DNA from: a virus
DNA: 51,213 nt
Reading direction: 5' to 3' (one strand)
Virus record (IMG/VR): IMGVR_UViG_3300048080_000104
Coordinates: 1-51,213 of that record
Position numbers and translations under genes: made by a program. Every line of letters starts with the position of its first letter. The first letter of the stretch is position 1. The notes below the pieces were generated by a model, which saw nothing but the letters and a program-made list of their open reading frames with translations, did no database searches and had not been told where the DNA came from. Shown piece by piece: positions 8,315 through 16,317 of this stretch.

Positions 8315-9016
8315 TCATGGCCGCCCCTCGGCGGCTCGCGCCGCCTCACACTGCCTACCGGCCCTGCGGGCCGGCGCACCGCTGGGATCGCTGGGATCGC
8401 TGGCGCTCTGGCACGTGGCGCCACGGATTCTCTCAATATCTTCTGCATGCCTCGGCCTGGCCGCTCGCTGCCGAGCTGGGATTCCGGTGAGCCGCTGCAC
8501 CACCACGGCGCGCCCCTCGCGCACCCACTCGCGCACGTTGTCCTCGGTCCAGAGATCCGCCTCGGGCGCGTGCTGGGCACCGAACGCAGCCGCGTCGCGG
8601 TCGCTCCCGCACTCTGGGTGCACCCGGATCGTCCAGGCCGCGAGGATCCGATCCCAGCCGAGATGGGTTGCGCGAGCCGGCCGGGCGAAGAGGCGCTCGA
8701 GAGGTCGGTACTCGATCCACGCTGACCACCGCCGGCGCTGTTCGCCTTCGCCGTCCACATGCCGCGTCTCGCGCATGAGGATCCGGTTGCCGCCGCCTCG
8801 TGACATGCTGCCGTTGCGGGGGGCGGTCCACGTCCGCTCGGTGCACGGCTGGCGGCATTGGTAGCAGCGGATCGAGCCGAAGCGTTCGAACGTCTGCGAC
8901 TTGCAGCAGGAGCTTGTCGAGCCGGTGATGCTAAGCGAAGGAGAGCGGATCGCGTAGCGCTGTTCGCGTGCTGCGAGGTAGGCGATCAAGTAGGTGTCTG
9001 CGTTGCTAGGTCTCAT
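8315..9016 (-). CDS. Hypothetical protein with an N-terminal Cys cluster
   Basis: 233 aa. Its ATG overlaps the stop of the upstream small ORF (ATGA). CCKSQTFERFGSIRCYQCRQPC cluster. The competing ORFs 8011..8760 and 8433..8858 are Arg/Pro-rich shadow frames. Confidence 0.5.
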   Translation of the reverse strand: MRPSNADTYLIAYLAAREQRYAIRSPSLSITGSTSSCCKSQTFERFGSIRCYQCRQPCTERTWTAPRNGSMSRGGGNRILMRETRHVDGEGEQRRRWSAWIEYRPLERLFARPARATHLGWDRILAAWTIRVHPECGSDRDAAAFGAQHAPEADLWTEDNVREWVREGRAVVVQRLTGIPARQRAARPRHAEDIERIRGATCQSASDPSDPSGAPARRAGRQCEAARAAEGRP

Positions 9017-9207
9017 ACTGCGGCTCCCAGTTCGGCTTGTATACGGCGCTCAATTTCCCATTGTCTAGCTCGGCACTCGCAACAGACCACGACCCGGCGC
9101 GGCGTGTAGACCACGATCACGAAGCCGCAGGAGCAACGTTCGCTGTGGTGGATCGGGTGCGGGCCAGACGCGCGTGAGCCACGGTTTCCGGGGCGAGTCG
9201 CATTCAC
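9013..9207 (-). CDS. Small Zn-ribbon protein (64 aa)
   Basis: GTG overlaps the rusA stop (GTGA) and its own stop overlaps the next ATG (ATGA). Sequence ...ERCSCGFVIVVYTPRRVVVCCECRARQWEIERR. Found by hand inside the longer shadow ORF 9013..9564. Confidence 0.4.
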   Translation of the reverse strand: MNATRPGNRGSRASGPHPIHHSERCSCGFVIVVYTPRRVVVCCECRARQWEIERRIQAELGAAV

Positions 9208-9593
9208 AGCGCGTTCACCTCCACGACCACGAACCCGGGCCCGGTAGTCCGCCGCCAGCGTGACACCAGCTCGACATGGGCCGGTGAGTCGTCGAACAAA
9301 ACGCGCGCACGCACGAGCCCATCGAGAATCGGCTTCCAGCTCGCCATCAAGTTGTCCGTGTCCGGCTCGCGCTTGCTCACGCGGGTGAGCGTCACGCGTG
9401 CGCGATCGAGCGGCGACACTGGAGTGAGTAGACCCACTGCGCATCGAACCATCAGGTGCCATTCGCGCCGGTATTTCGCTTCGACTGCCCAGTGCCGGCC
9501 GCGATGGCCCTGGTTCGGGAGGATCGGGAGCGCCTTGATTGTCAGCACCAGCGCAGTAATCCACACAGAGTCACAGCCCGTTAGATGCTTCAT
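9204..9593 (-). CDS. rusA: RusA-family Holliday junction resolvase
   Basis: 129 aa with an ATG start. EPDTDNLMASWKPILDGLVRARVLFDDS matches the RusA D-x-DN...D-x-L...DD signature. Confidence 0.8.
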   Translation of the reverse strand: MKHLTGCDSVWITALVLTIKALPILPNQGHRGRHWAVEAKYRREWHLMVRCAVGLLTPVSPLDRARVTLTRVSKREPDTDNLMASWKPILDGLVRARVLFDDSPAHVELVSRWRRTTGPGFVVVEVNAL

Positions 9594-9644
9594 CGTAGTT
9601 GTGACGATGCCCTCGAACCCGGGAGCGGATGGAGTACAAGAAGC

Positions 9645-10361
9645 TCATCGCGTGATGATGACCGAAATGCCGTGGACGGCCTGGGTATAAGGTGAAGCGT
9701 CTCCACTGCTCTGATAGATGCTCATTCCAATAATGCCATCTGACCTAATCGCGTCGGCTAGTGGCTTCTTAAATCTCTCGAAATACGAATCGCACTGGTC
9801 TGGATCGATCGCGAAGAGAAGACAGCCGTTTACTTGGTACGCCCAGCCGGGCGGTACTGAGATCGGCGAGGATAGGTACTTGATACCTCTATTGAGCCAG
9901 AACCCATGATTGAGCCAGTCTGTGATCGCCCGCCATTTATCGCTCGGAATGAACGCAGGCGGCATGTCGTCCTCGGACAGTGGATTGATTGAAAACTGGT
10001 CCACTCCGCGCAATCCCAACGAGCAATTTAACTGTACGTGCTCGTTCGTTAGGTTGGTCAGGATGATGTGCGCTGCAATAGCAACCACACCTCGATCTAA
10101 CCAATGATTGGGATGCAGTCCCGTCTGGAGGCCGCGAGGGTTTTGGACCGTTATTCCCGTCAAGTCGAGCTTGGCTCTCGCCAGCCATCTCGCCTTGTCG
10201 CGCTGATCTTTTAGCGCCAGTACGAAATTGATCCCCCAGCAGAGCAATCCGAATACCACCCAAGCGCCGGTCACAATCGTAAAGGCGATTGCGTTGTTAA
10301 CGCCGATCTGCGCCAGCCATAGTCCCAATAGCGAGAAGACGTACCCGATCAGGAGCGCCAT
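9645..10361 (-). CDS. Membrane protein of unknown function in a low-GC island
   Basis: The ATG at 10361 shares one base with the upstream TAA (TAATG). Two N-terminal TM helices: ALLIGYVFSLLGLWLAQIG and IVTGAWVVFGLLCWGINFVLAL. A 60-nt stretch counted at 9721-9780 is 47% GC. Confidence 0.7.
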   Translation of the reverse strand: MALLIGYVFSLLGLWLAQIGVNNAIAFTIVTGAWVVFGLLCWGINFVLALKDQRDKARWLARAKLDLTGITVQNPRGLQTGLHPNHWLDRGVVAIAAHIILTNLTNEHVQLNCSLGLRGVDQFSINPLSEDDMPPAFIPSDKWRAITDWLNHGFWLNRGIKYLSSPISVPPGWAYQVNGCLLFAIDPDQCDSYFERFKKPLADAIRSDGIIGMSIYQSSGDASPYTQAVHGISVIITR

Positions 10362-11212
10362 TATCGATTCCACCACGTTTCCCCTTCATCACCGATTGCG
10401 CGCGGCTTCGGGATCTCTTCGGTGCCCGCCTCGCGAAAGCTCATGCTCGGCGTGTGGCGCAGGTATTTTCCAACCGGGCCCGCGGGAGTGCGTCGACTGT
10501 GCGTCACTTCGATCTCGACCCAGGCGCGATTCTCGGGCTCTTTCAGTCGGATGATGGCGTCGGCCCAGAATTGCAACCGCTCGCCTTTGATCCCGCCGAG
10601 CTTGTTCGTCTCGGCCACGATCAAAAACGACGCGGCTCCATCCGAATAACGCCTAGCCAGCATTGCCCACATGGACAACGCTTCAAGTGCCACGTAGTAC
10701 GAACCGCCGCGCAGCGATGCCAGCGTGTTTATTGAGTCCAGCACAACGATCAAAGGCTCTTGGCTCGCGTGTTCATCGCAACGCAGCGCGATCTCCTCGG
10801 GCGTGATTCCGCGCCCCGCGTGGTACACGTGAAGCATCTGCTCGGCGTCTGCGCATGCGGGATGCGCGTTGAGGTAGCGTCGCATGCGGTCGTCGAACTC
10901 TGTCAGTGACAGTTCTGCGTTGAAGTAGATCACCTGACGATCGAGTGTTGCCGCGGCCTGGATCGCAGAAGCCATAGCAAGCGTTGACTTGCCGACCTTG
11001 CCCTCAGAAGCGATGCACGTCACGCCGTAGCAGCCGCCTAGCATAAGCGTGTCAAGCTTCTCGATGCTGCTCGACCAGTGCAGCGGAAACCCCTCCGATT
11101 GCAGTAGCCGGTCGGTCGGCTTCTCGTGCAGCTCGGAAGGCATCTGCTCTTGCAGCGCCAGGTGCAAGCCGATCCGAGCATACACACCGGGGTGTTGCAG
11201 CGGGATCGTCAC
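10361..11212 (-). CDS. RecA/DnaB-C-terminal-like replicative ATPase
   Basis: 283 aa. The GTG start overlaps the upstream stop (GTGA). Walker A SEGKVGKST, Walker-B-like LIVVLDS. It follows the replication-initiator-like gene. Confidence 0.72.
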   Translation of the reverse strand: MTIPLQHPGVYARIGLHLALQEQMPSELHEKPTDRLLQSEGFPLHWSSSIEKLDTLMLGGCYGVTCIASEGKVGKSTLAMASAIQAAATLDRQVIYFNAELSLTEFDDRMRRYLNAHPACADAEQMLHVYHAGRGITPEEIALRCDEHASQEPLIVVLDSINTLASLRGGSYYVALEALSMWAMLARRYSDGAASFLIVAETNKLGGIKGERLQFWADAIIRLKEPENRAWVEIEVTHSRRTPAGPVGKYLRHTPSMSFREAGTEEIPKPRAIGDEGETWWNR

Positions 11213-12060
11213 GAGAGCACCGTGTGGCGGATGTGGAACGCTGGCGGCGCCGGCGATTTTTTCATCTCCTCCGCAATCGCTTCGGTTGCACGGAGAAGCC
11301 GTTCATGTTCTGCGAGCGTTGGGTAATCCTTGAACTTCCGCTCGCCGCGCAGGTAGGTCTGATACCACCCGATCACCATCGCCGAGATCGGCTTCTTCTC
11401 AGTGACAGAGGCTTTCATCTTGTCGATTTCGGTTGCGAGCCAGTGCTCCTTTTCACCGAGACAGCCGGGTTGATTCGCCAGCAGGTTGAGCAGTGGTCGG
11501 TCGTTTGCGATCGCGCGCTTTGCCAGCCGAACGACGTCGTCGCAGTGGTCTTCGGGCGGCAGCTCGGCCGCGGGAGCAGGAGCGCCGGAGGCGCTCTCTT
11601 CTCTTCTCTTCTTCGGAGTCGGTTCTTCGGAGTCGGTTCTTCTGTTCTTCTGTTCTTCGGAGGGCGCGGAGCTACGCGTAGATGCTCCGCGGCTTGCGGA
11701 GTCGAACCCTTGTTTTCGTTGAAGATTTCTTATCTCTACATACACCCTACGACCTTCACAGCGCATCGGGTACGCCATGCTGTCGCATAGCTGCCGCAGT
11801 GCTACGAGTGCCGTAGCCCATCGGGACCGACCCGTTAGCCAGGTGATATCACCGTGGCCCAGAGCCACTTCGTCGCCGGTCTGAGCGGCGTGGTACTGCA
11901 CCGCGAGGAGCCACAAACCCCAGGCCATCCCGCGCTGCTCCGGGTCTTCGAAGACCTTCCCGTAGCGCGGATGGCTGCGGCAGGAGAGGTGCACCTTGAC
12001 GTGCGGGCGCTGCTTCTTCCGCGCCTCGTCGCTCGGGTATGTCTGGCGCGGCGTCGCCAA
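11209..12060 (-). CDS. Putative replication initiation / organiser protein with an internal iteron-bearing linker
   Basis: 283 aa. TTG start with GGTGAG 5 nt upstream. A two-domain layout is split by a low-complexity acidic/basic linker that is encoded by tandem DNA repeats. It sits upstream of the ATPase. Confidence 0.55.
   Translation of the reverse strand: MATPRQTYPSDEARKKQRPHVKVHLSCRSHPRYGKVFEDPEQRGMAWGLWLLAVQYHAAQTGDEVALGHGDITWLTGRSRWATALVALRQLCDSMAYPMRCEGRRVYVEIRNLQRKQGFDSASRGASTRSSAPSEEQKNRRTDSEEPTPKKRREESASGAPAPAAELPPEDHCDDVVRLAKRAIANDRPLLNLLANQPGCLGEKEHWLATEIDKMKASVTEKKPISAMVIGWYQTYLRGERKFKDYPTLAEHERLLRATEAIAEEMKKSPAPPAFHIRHTVLS
11595..11661. repeat. Tandem iteron-like repeats inside the replication gene
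   Basis: ttcttcggagtcgg occurs twice in perfect tandem (11609-11636), then ttcttctg twice (11637-11652) and ttcttcgga. A (tct)n run precedes them. An AT-rich patch follows at about 11705-11745. Confidence 0.6.
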
Positions 12061-12088
12061 CCGTTCTCACCCCCCGATGAGATCAACC

Positions 12089-12129
12089 TAAAAATAGAAG
12101 CGGCCCCTCAAGTTTCCCTGAGAGGCCGC
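12089..12129 (-). terminator. Rho-independent terminator (minus strand)
   Basis: 10/11-bp GC-rich stem (12100-12110 / 12119-12129) with an 8-nt loop. On the minus strand it is followed by UUCUAUUUUUA. Confidence 0.6.
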
Positions 12130-12245
12130 CCTGTCGCGTTGGACGTTGTGAGACGCACCACTCGCGAAATAAAATTGCAGATAGAGTAGAAGCGTCTCAC
12201 GCAGGCACTGTACACGGCCTCATAAGGCGCATCAAGGCTCGCCAC

Positions 12246-12521
12246 CTACGCTCTCCCCACGCCAATCTCCCGCCGCGCAATCGCCTTCTCGGCCAGCGTC
12301 TCGTCGCAGATCCGCACGACCCGTACGTGCGTCCAGCCACTCGCCAGCCGCTTCGCCTCGAGTTCGGCGGCTTCTCGCGACGAGTAGAGGCAGTTGAACA
12401 CTTTCCAGTGTGCCCATCCTCCACTCCACCAAGCGACGATCAAGTACACGTCGAGCGGATCGGCCGGCTTGGGTTCAATGGCCGCAACGATCTCCACAAA
12501 TACCTGTTGTTCCGCTTTCAT
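12246..12521 (-). CDS. Hypothetical protein
   Basis: The ATG at 12521 overlaps the upstream stop (ATGA). Sequence MKAEQQVFVEIVAAIEPKPADPLDVYLIVAWWSGGW.... The track ORF 12246..12563 is over-extended. Confidence 0.5.
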   Translation of the reverse strand: MKAEQQVFVEIVAAIEPKPADPLDVYLIVAWWSGGWAHWKVFNCLYSSREAAELEAKRLASGWTHVRVVRICDETLAEKAIARREIGVGRA

Positions 12522-12736
12522 GCGCCCACCCGCTCCCGTAGATGCGCGTGATATCTCCGCCAACTCGCGTGTTCCGCGATCGTCTCTTGCTCCCGCTGCC
12601 GCTGGCCACCACCCACCGGCTCCAGCTCACAGGTCGGGACGCTCCACGAGCCGAAGCACTCGGCACGGATTACGGCGCTGTCACCGTCGGTGGAGACGAC
12701 GAGAACGACTAGCGCGTGGTGGCGGGCGAGCGTCAC
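12518..12736 (-). CDS. Hypothetical small protein
   Basis: 72 aa. The GTG start overlaps the methyltransferase stop (GTGA) and its stop overlaps the next ATG. Confidence 0.4.
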   Translation of the reverse strand: MTLARHHALVVLVVSTDGDSAVIRAECFGSWSVPTCELEPVGGGQRQREQETIAEHASWRRYHAHLRERVGA

Positions 12737-13689
12737 GCGAAGATATCCCGCTGCGCTTGGATGTCTTCCTTGGCCGCAGACTCGACGTTCTTGACCGCTT
12801 GTCGGTAATAGCTGTCCTTGAGCTCGACTCCAATACCATTGCGCCCAGCTCGCACCGCCGCATAGACCTCCGAGCCGACTCCCATAAACGGAGTGAGTAC
12901 GACCTCATGCGGATTGCTCCAGAGCGCGAGGCACCGTTCGATCACGTCCAGCTGGAGCGGGTGCACGTGCTTCTCATCTTCCTCGTCGCGAGCCTTCTTG
13001 AACGGGAGCACCCGATCGATACGCACATCGTCCCAGAAGGCGCTCGCATACTGTCGCCAGATCCAATGCGAATACCGATTCTCGATCTGATTCCCATCCC
13101 AGCCGCGATAGCCCAGCAGATCGGACGGGATCGGCCTTGACCCAGCGTATTCGAGCAGGCCGATCGGGTGTGCGATTGAAACTGGATTAGTTCCCTTCCG
13201 TCGGAACATGAGCAGGTAGTCAGCAGACGCCACGGAGCACCGGCTAGAATCATCGACTACCGTCTTGTGCGCGAGGTTCTTCGCCATCGTACGGTTGCGG
13301 ACTCCTAGCGGTTCCTTCCAGACCGAGTAGCGTGCGACGTAGTGGAACCCGATCCGCTCGTGCAGTCGGATGATGTCGCCCGGGAAGTCGCGTAGAAAGT
13401 CGCAACCGCTATTGCCGCTGGGAACGTCCATGCAGTGCACACCGGTGAGTCGACCTGGCATCGTGAGTCGGAATAGCTCGCGCACCACGTACTCGTAGTG
13501 CTCGAAGAACTCTTCATAGCTCCGGCAGTTCGATAGATCGCGCTCGGAGCTGGAGTAGTTGTAGAGCCCTCCGAACGGAGGCGAGTAAACCGACAGGTGA
13601 ACGCTTCCATCTGGAAGCGTCGGCAGCACTTCGCAGCTATCTCCGTGATAGAGCGCATACCGATCGGTCAACACACTCTTCAAAGCCAT
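12733..13689 (-). CDS. DNA methyltransferase (PF01555-like), SPPF motif IV
   Basis: 318 aa with an ATG start. Motif IV is SVYSPPFGGLYNY and motif I is TPFMGVGSEVYAAVRAGRNGIGVELK. Confidence 0.85.
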   Translation of the reverse strand: MALKSVLTDRYALYHGDSCEVLPTLPDGSVHLSVYSPPFGGLYNYSSSERDLSNCRSYEEFFEHYEYVVRELFRLTMPGRLTGVHCMDVPSGNSGCDFLRDFPGDIIRLHERIGFHYVARYSVWKEPLGVRNRTMAKNLAHKTVVDDSSRCSVASADYLLMFRRKGTNPVSIAHPIGLLEYAGSRPIPSDLLGYRGWDGNQIENRYSHWIWRQYASAFWDDVRIDRVLPFKKARDEEDEKHVHPLQLDVIERCLALWSNPHEVVLTPFMGVGSEVYAAVRAGRNGIGVELKDSYYRQAVKNVESAAKEDIQAQRDIFA

Positions 13690-15143
13690 GCGGGGACCTC
13701 CGACGGATTCTCGTACTTGACAATGCGCTCGATATGCAGCGCGTGGTTCATCTCGGCAACAAGCGCCGAGAACATTCGATCCGCGGCAAGCGCTTTCCGG
13801 CGGAGATTTCTCAGCACTCCTCGTTCGCCTTCCGTCGATACGACATCGACGCGAACCGGTTTGGTCTGCCCGAACCGCCAGCAGCGGCGCACACCCTGGT
13901 AATACTGCTCGTAGCTATGCGACGGAAAGAAGGTGACGTGCGCACAGCGTTGTAGGTTCAAGCCCCAGGCACCGATTTTGGGCTTCGTGATCAGTGCGCG
14001 CAGCTTGCCATCGGCGAATGCTGTAAGTCGTTCTTCCTTGGCTTCGTCCGAGTCGGATCCGCTGACCTGCTCGGCATCGCGAATCATCTCCGCAAGCCGA
14101 TCTCCCTCCGCATTGAGATGGCACCACACGAGTGCCGGCTCGGAATGGTCGACCAGCGCCGCGACCTTCTCGCATCGTTCCTCGATCGTTCGCCGGCGCT
14201 CTTCGCGCTGCTCGTGCAGTCCAACCGCCGGAAGGTCAAAGAGCATGTCCGGGCGCGTCGTGCGCGCCGCCACGATGTGCTCATGCTCCTCGAGCGCCGG
14301 GAGGACAAACGCAGCGTCATCGAACCCGAGATCGGAAGGACGGCGCACCGCACGAGCCCACGAGCAGACCCACCGCCAGAAGGGCGTCTCGGCGTGCCCG
14401 CGGAATCGCCACTTCGCGCGATCTGACAGCCTCTCGAAGTTTTTCCCCTTGTGTCGATAGACCATCGGCTTGATCGTGTTCTGGTCGTTCTTGAAGAACC
14501 GACCGAGCATGTCCATATGTCCAAGCTCGCCGAGTGCCTCGCTGCTAGTGCCCAGCTCTACGTAATCATTGGGTGCAGCCGTCGCGGTGCACAGAAGCCG
14601 ATACGGCAACGTGCGCATGAACTCGGTCACAAGCGCGCGGCGCGCACCGTCGAAGTTCTTGAGAATGCTCGACTCGTCGCAGACCATGCCGGCGAAGTCG
14701 GAGGCGGAGAACTTATCAAGCCGCTCGTAGTTCGTGACAACGATCCGCGCGCCATCCGGAACGATCCCGTCGGACGAACGCACGGCATCGATGTCGAACT
14801 TCTCCGCCTCGCGTAGCAGCTGGGCCGCAACCGCGAGTGGCGTCGCGATCAACACCGGTCGATTCGTATGACGAACGACCTGATCGGCCCACACGAGCTG
14901 CATCGGAGACTTCCCGAGCCCGCAGTCGGCGAAGATGGCAGCTCGGCCCTTGCGCAAAGCCCAATCTACCAGCACGCGCTGGAAGTCGAAGAGGAAGGCA
15001 GGAAGATCCGCCGGCGCGAATCCATGCTCTCCGCCTAGTTGCGACTTGCGAGCTAGGAAGTCGGCATAGCTACTTGCCGCAGCCAGCGCTCCGCCGCCCG
15101 TCCCGAGCGAACCCACCCCCATCATCATCAACCCCCGCCGCAC
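13680..15143 (-). CDS. SNF2/DEAD-like superfamily-2 helicase
   Basis: 487 aa. Motif I ADCGLGKS, motif II VCDESSILKN, and C-terminal helicase motifs QYYQGVRRCWRFGQ. The start is a GTG at 15143 or one of the ATGs at 15122-15128. Confidence 0.85.
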   Translation of the reverse strand: MRRGLMMMGVGSLGTGGGALAAASSYADFLARKSQLGGEHGFAPADLPAFLFDFQRVLVDWALRKGRAAIFADCGLGKSPMQLVWADQVVRHTNRPVLIATPLAVAAQLLREAEKFDIDAVRSSDGIVPDGARIVVTNYERLDKFSASDFAGMVCDESSILKNFDGARRALVTEFMRTLPYRLLCTATAAPNDYVELGTSSEALGELGHMDMLGRFFKNDQNTIKPMVYRHKGKNFERLSDRAKWRFRGHAETPFWRWVCSWARAVRRPSDLGFDDAAFVLPALEEHEHIVAARTTRPDMLFDLPAVGLHEQREERRRTIEERCEKVAALVDHSEPALVWCHLNAEGDRLAEMIRDAEQVSGSDSDEAKEERLTAFADGKLRALITKPKIGAWGLNLQRCAHVTFFPSHSYEQYYQGVRRCWRFGQTKPVRVDVVSTEGERGVLRNLRRKALAADRMFSALVAEMNHALHIERIVKYENPSEVPAWL

Positions 15144-15158
15144 CCCGCGGCGCCTCTG

Positions 15159-15344
15159 CTAGTCGCCTCTCGTTAGCCGCTCGCGGATCTCCGCCGCCTC
15201 GCGCTCGCCGCCGCACTCGTCGAGCAGCTTCACCAGCTCGTCCTTCTGGCGCTGCTGTTCTCGCAGGCGCGCGAGCTCGAGTGCGCTCGGGTGCGGGTTG
15301 GGGGCGCTAAGCGCAGCCACTCCGCCTCCGCATCGACGCGCCAT
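15159..15344 (-). CDS. Hypothetical small coiled-coil protein
   Basis: 61 aa with an ATG start. It overlaps the upstream gene by 38 nt, so the start is uncertain. Confidence 0.35.
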   Translation of the reverse strand: MARRCGGGVAALSAPNPHPSALELARLREQQRQKDELVKLLDECGGEREAAEIRERLTRGD

Positions 15345-15645
15345 CGAGGCTGCGGACCATTCGGATCGCTACGGCCGCGACTTGGATCGCCTCTGCGCGG
15401 ATCGACTCGCTCTTGTTCGCGCGGATCGCCGCGACGAGCTCGTGGTACTCCTCGGCGAGCACGCCGAGCGCCTCGTGGGTGCTGGCGTAGTCGCCGTAGC
15501 GCCGGTCGGCGCGATCGATCTCGGCCTCCAGCTCGTAGATATCCTGCGGGTGCGTCCATCTCTCCCCTTGGGGTCGCGGCGTCTCAGCGCTGCGATCGGC
15601 TGCCGGCTTGGCAGGGCATGCGGCGGCAAGGTGGCCGTCCGACAT
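15307..15645 (-). CDS. MazG-like nucleotide pyrophosphohydrolase-type all-alpha protein
   Basis: The ATG at 15645 was chosen by hand; the track ORF 15307..15999 has an Arg-rich N-terminal extension. YGDYASTHEALGVLAEEYHELVAAIRANK...EAIQVAAVAIRMV matches the phage MazG-like pattern (from memory). Confidence 0.55.
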   Translation of the reverse strand: MSDGHLAAACPAKPAADRSAETPRPQGERWTHPQDIYELEAEIDRADRRYGDYASTHEALGVLAEEYHELVAAIRANKSESIRAEAIQVAAVAIRMVRSLDGASMRRRSGCA

Positions 15646-15721
15646 GTCGCAGGCGTGGCGATCGGCCTCGGGCCGGTCCGGTAGCCGCCACCCACCAGAA
15701 ATCGGGCCCTCTCCGGCGATC

Positions 15722-16024
15722 CTACGCGGCATCCTCGGAGCCTCTGGCCAGCTCGTCGGCCTCGATCGTGCTGGCCTGCTCCTCGGCATCCCATCGGCGC
15801 TGTGCGACCCACTCCCACGAGAGCCAGTCGCGCCGAGGGATCCGTGCGGCACGCGCCACTCCCTCGGCCCAGGCGTCGAGCGCGAGCATCGTGGCCGCGT
15901 CCGGTACGGCCTTGCGACGGCGGATTCTGGAGACCGTGGTGCGATCGCGGCCGATCGCGTCGGCGATCGTCTGGTCAGAGATCTCGAGCCGCTCCGCAAG
16001 TGCCTGTAGGTCCACGGCCAGCAT
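15722..16024 (-). CDS. HTH DNA-binding regulator (Cro/CI-like)
   Basis: ATG at 16024. LQALAERLEISDQTIADAIGRDRTTVSRIRRRK is a helix-turn-helix. It is the first gene of the minus arm and faces the divergent control region. Confidence 0.7.
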   Translation of the reverse strand: MLAVDLQALAERLEISDQTIADAIGRDRTTVSRIRRRKAVPDAATMLALDAWAEGVARAARIPRRDWLSWEWVAQRRWDAEEQASTIEADELARGSEDAA

Positions 16025-16317
16025 TGTGCACGTGCGCACGGTTGCCGTCAAGGCCCCGGCCGGGAGAACAACCACCACGAAAACTGGTGGGGTTGTTCTC
16101 TACGCTTGGCACGGATCTTGCCTGTCCGAACGTAGTCAAGGCTCCTTTCCGCCCCTTGACGTGCGCGTGCGCACGCGCAATAATTCCGGCTGTCGCGGTT
16201 GGCCTCAACGAACTCCAGCGGATTCGGCGCGAGCGAGAGGGGCAAGACGATGGCCGTACCAACCGCGGCACTTCAAGTAAGCTGCTGGCCCACTCCCGGG
16301 CCTCAGGAGACGAGACG
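16025..16317. promoter_or_regulatory. Divergent control region (two TTGACG promoters sharing a GTGCGCAC palindrome, plus a 14-bp hairpin)
   Basis: Described in the finding for 16025-16317. All elements were read directly from the sequence. Confidence 0.55.
16156..16184 (+). promoter_or_regulatory. Sigma70-like promoter for the plus arm
   Basis: TTGACG (16156-16161), a 17-nt spacer and AATAAT (16179-16184). The spacer contains GTGCGCAC. Confidence 0.5.

Noticed and set aside
8011-8864. ORFs 8011..8760 (minus), 8195..8725 (plus), 8415..8864 (plus) and 8433..8858 (minus)
   Set aside because: They have the Arg/Pro/Gly-rich composition typical of off-frame shadows in high-GC DNA. The 8315..9016 frame has normal composition and an ATGA-coupled start.
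11690-11712. tRNA-like T-loop (minus strand reads GGGTTCGACTCC)
   Set aside because: The flanking bases cannot form a T-stem or the rest of a cloverleaf. It lies in frame inside the replication gene, where it encodes GFDS.
15802-16317. Upstream 172 codons of ORF 15802..16653 (plus) and ORF 15975..16337 (minus) spanning the control region
   Set aside because: They are Arg/Pro-rich, antisense to the HTH gene or crossing the promoter region. The RBS-supported start of the plus gene is at 16318.
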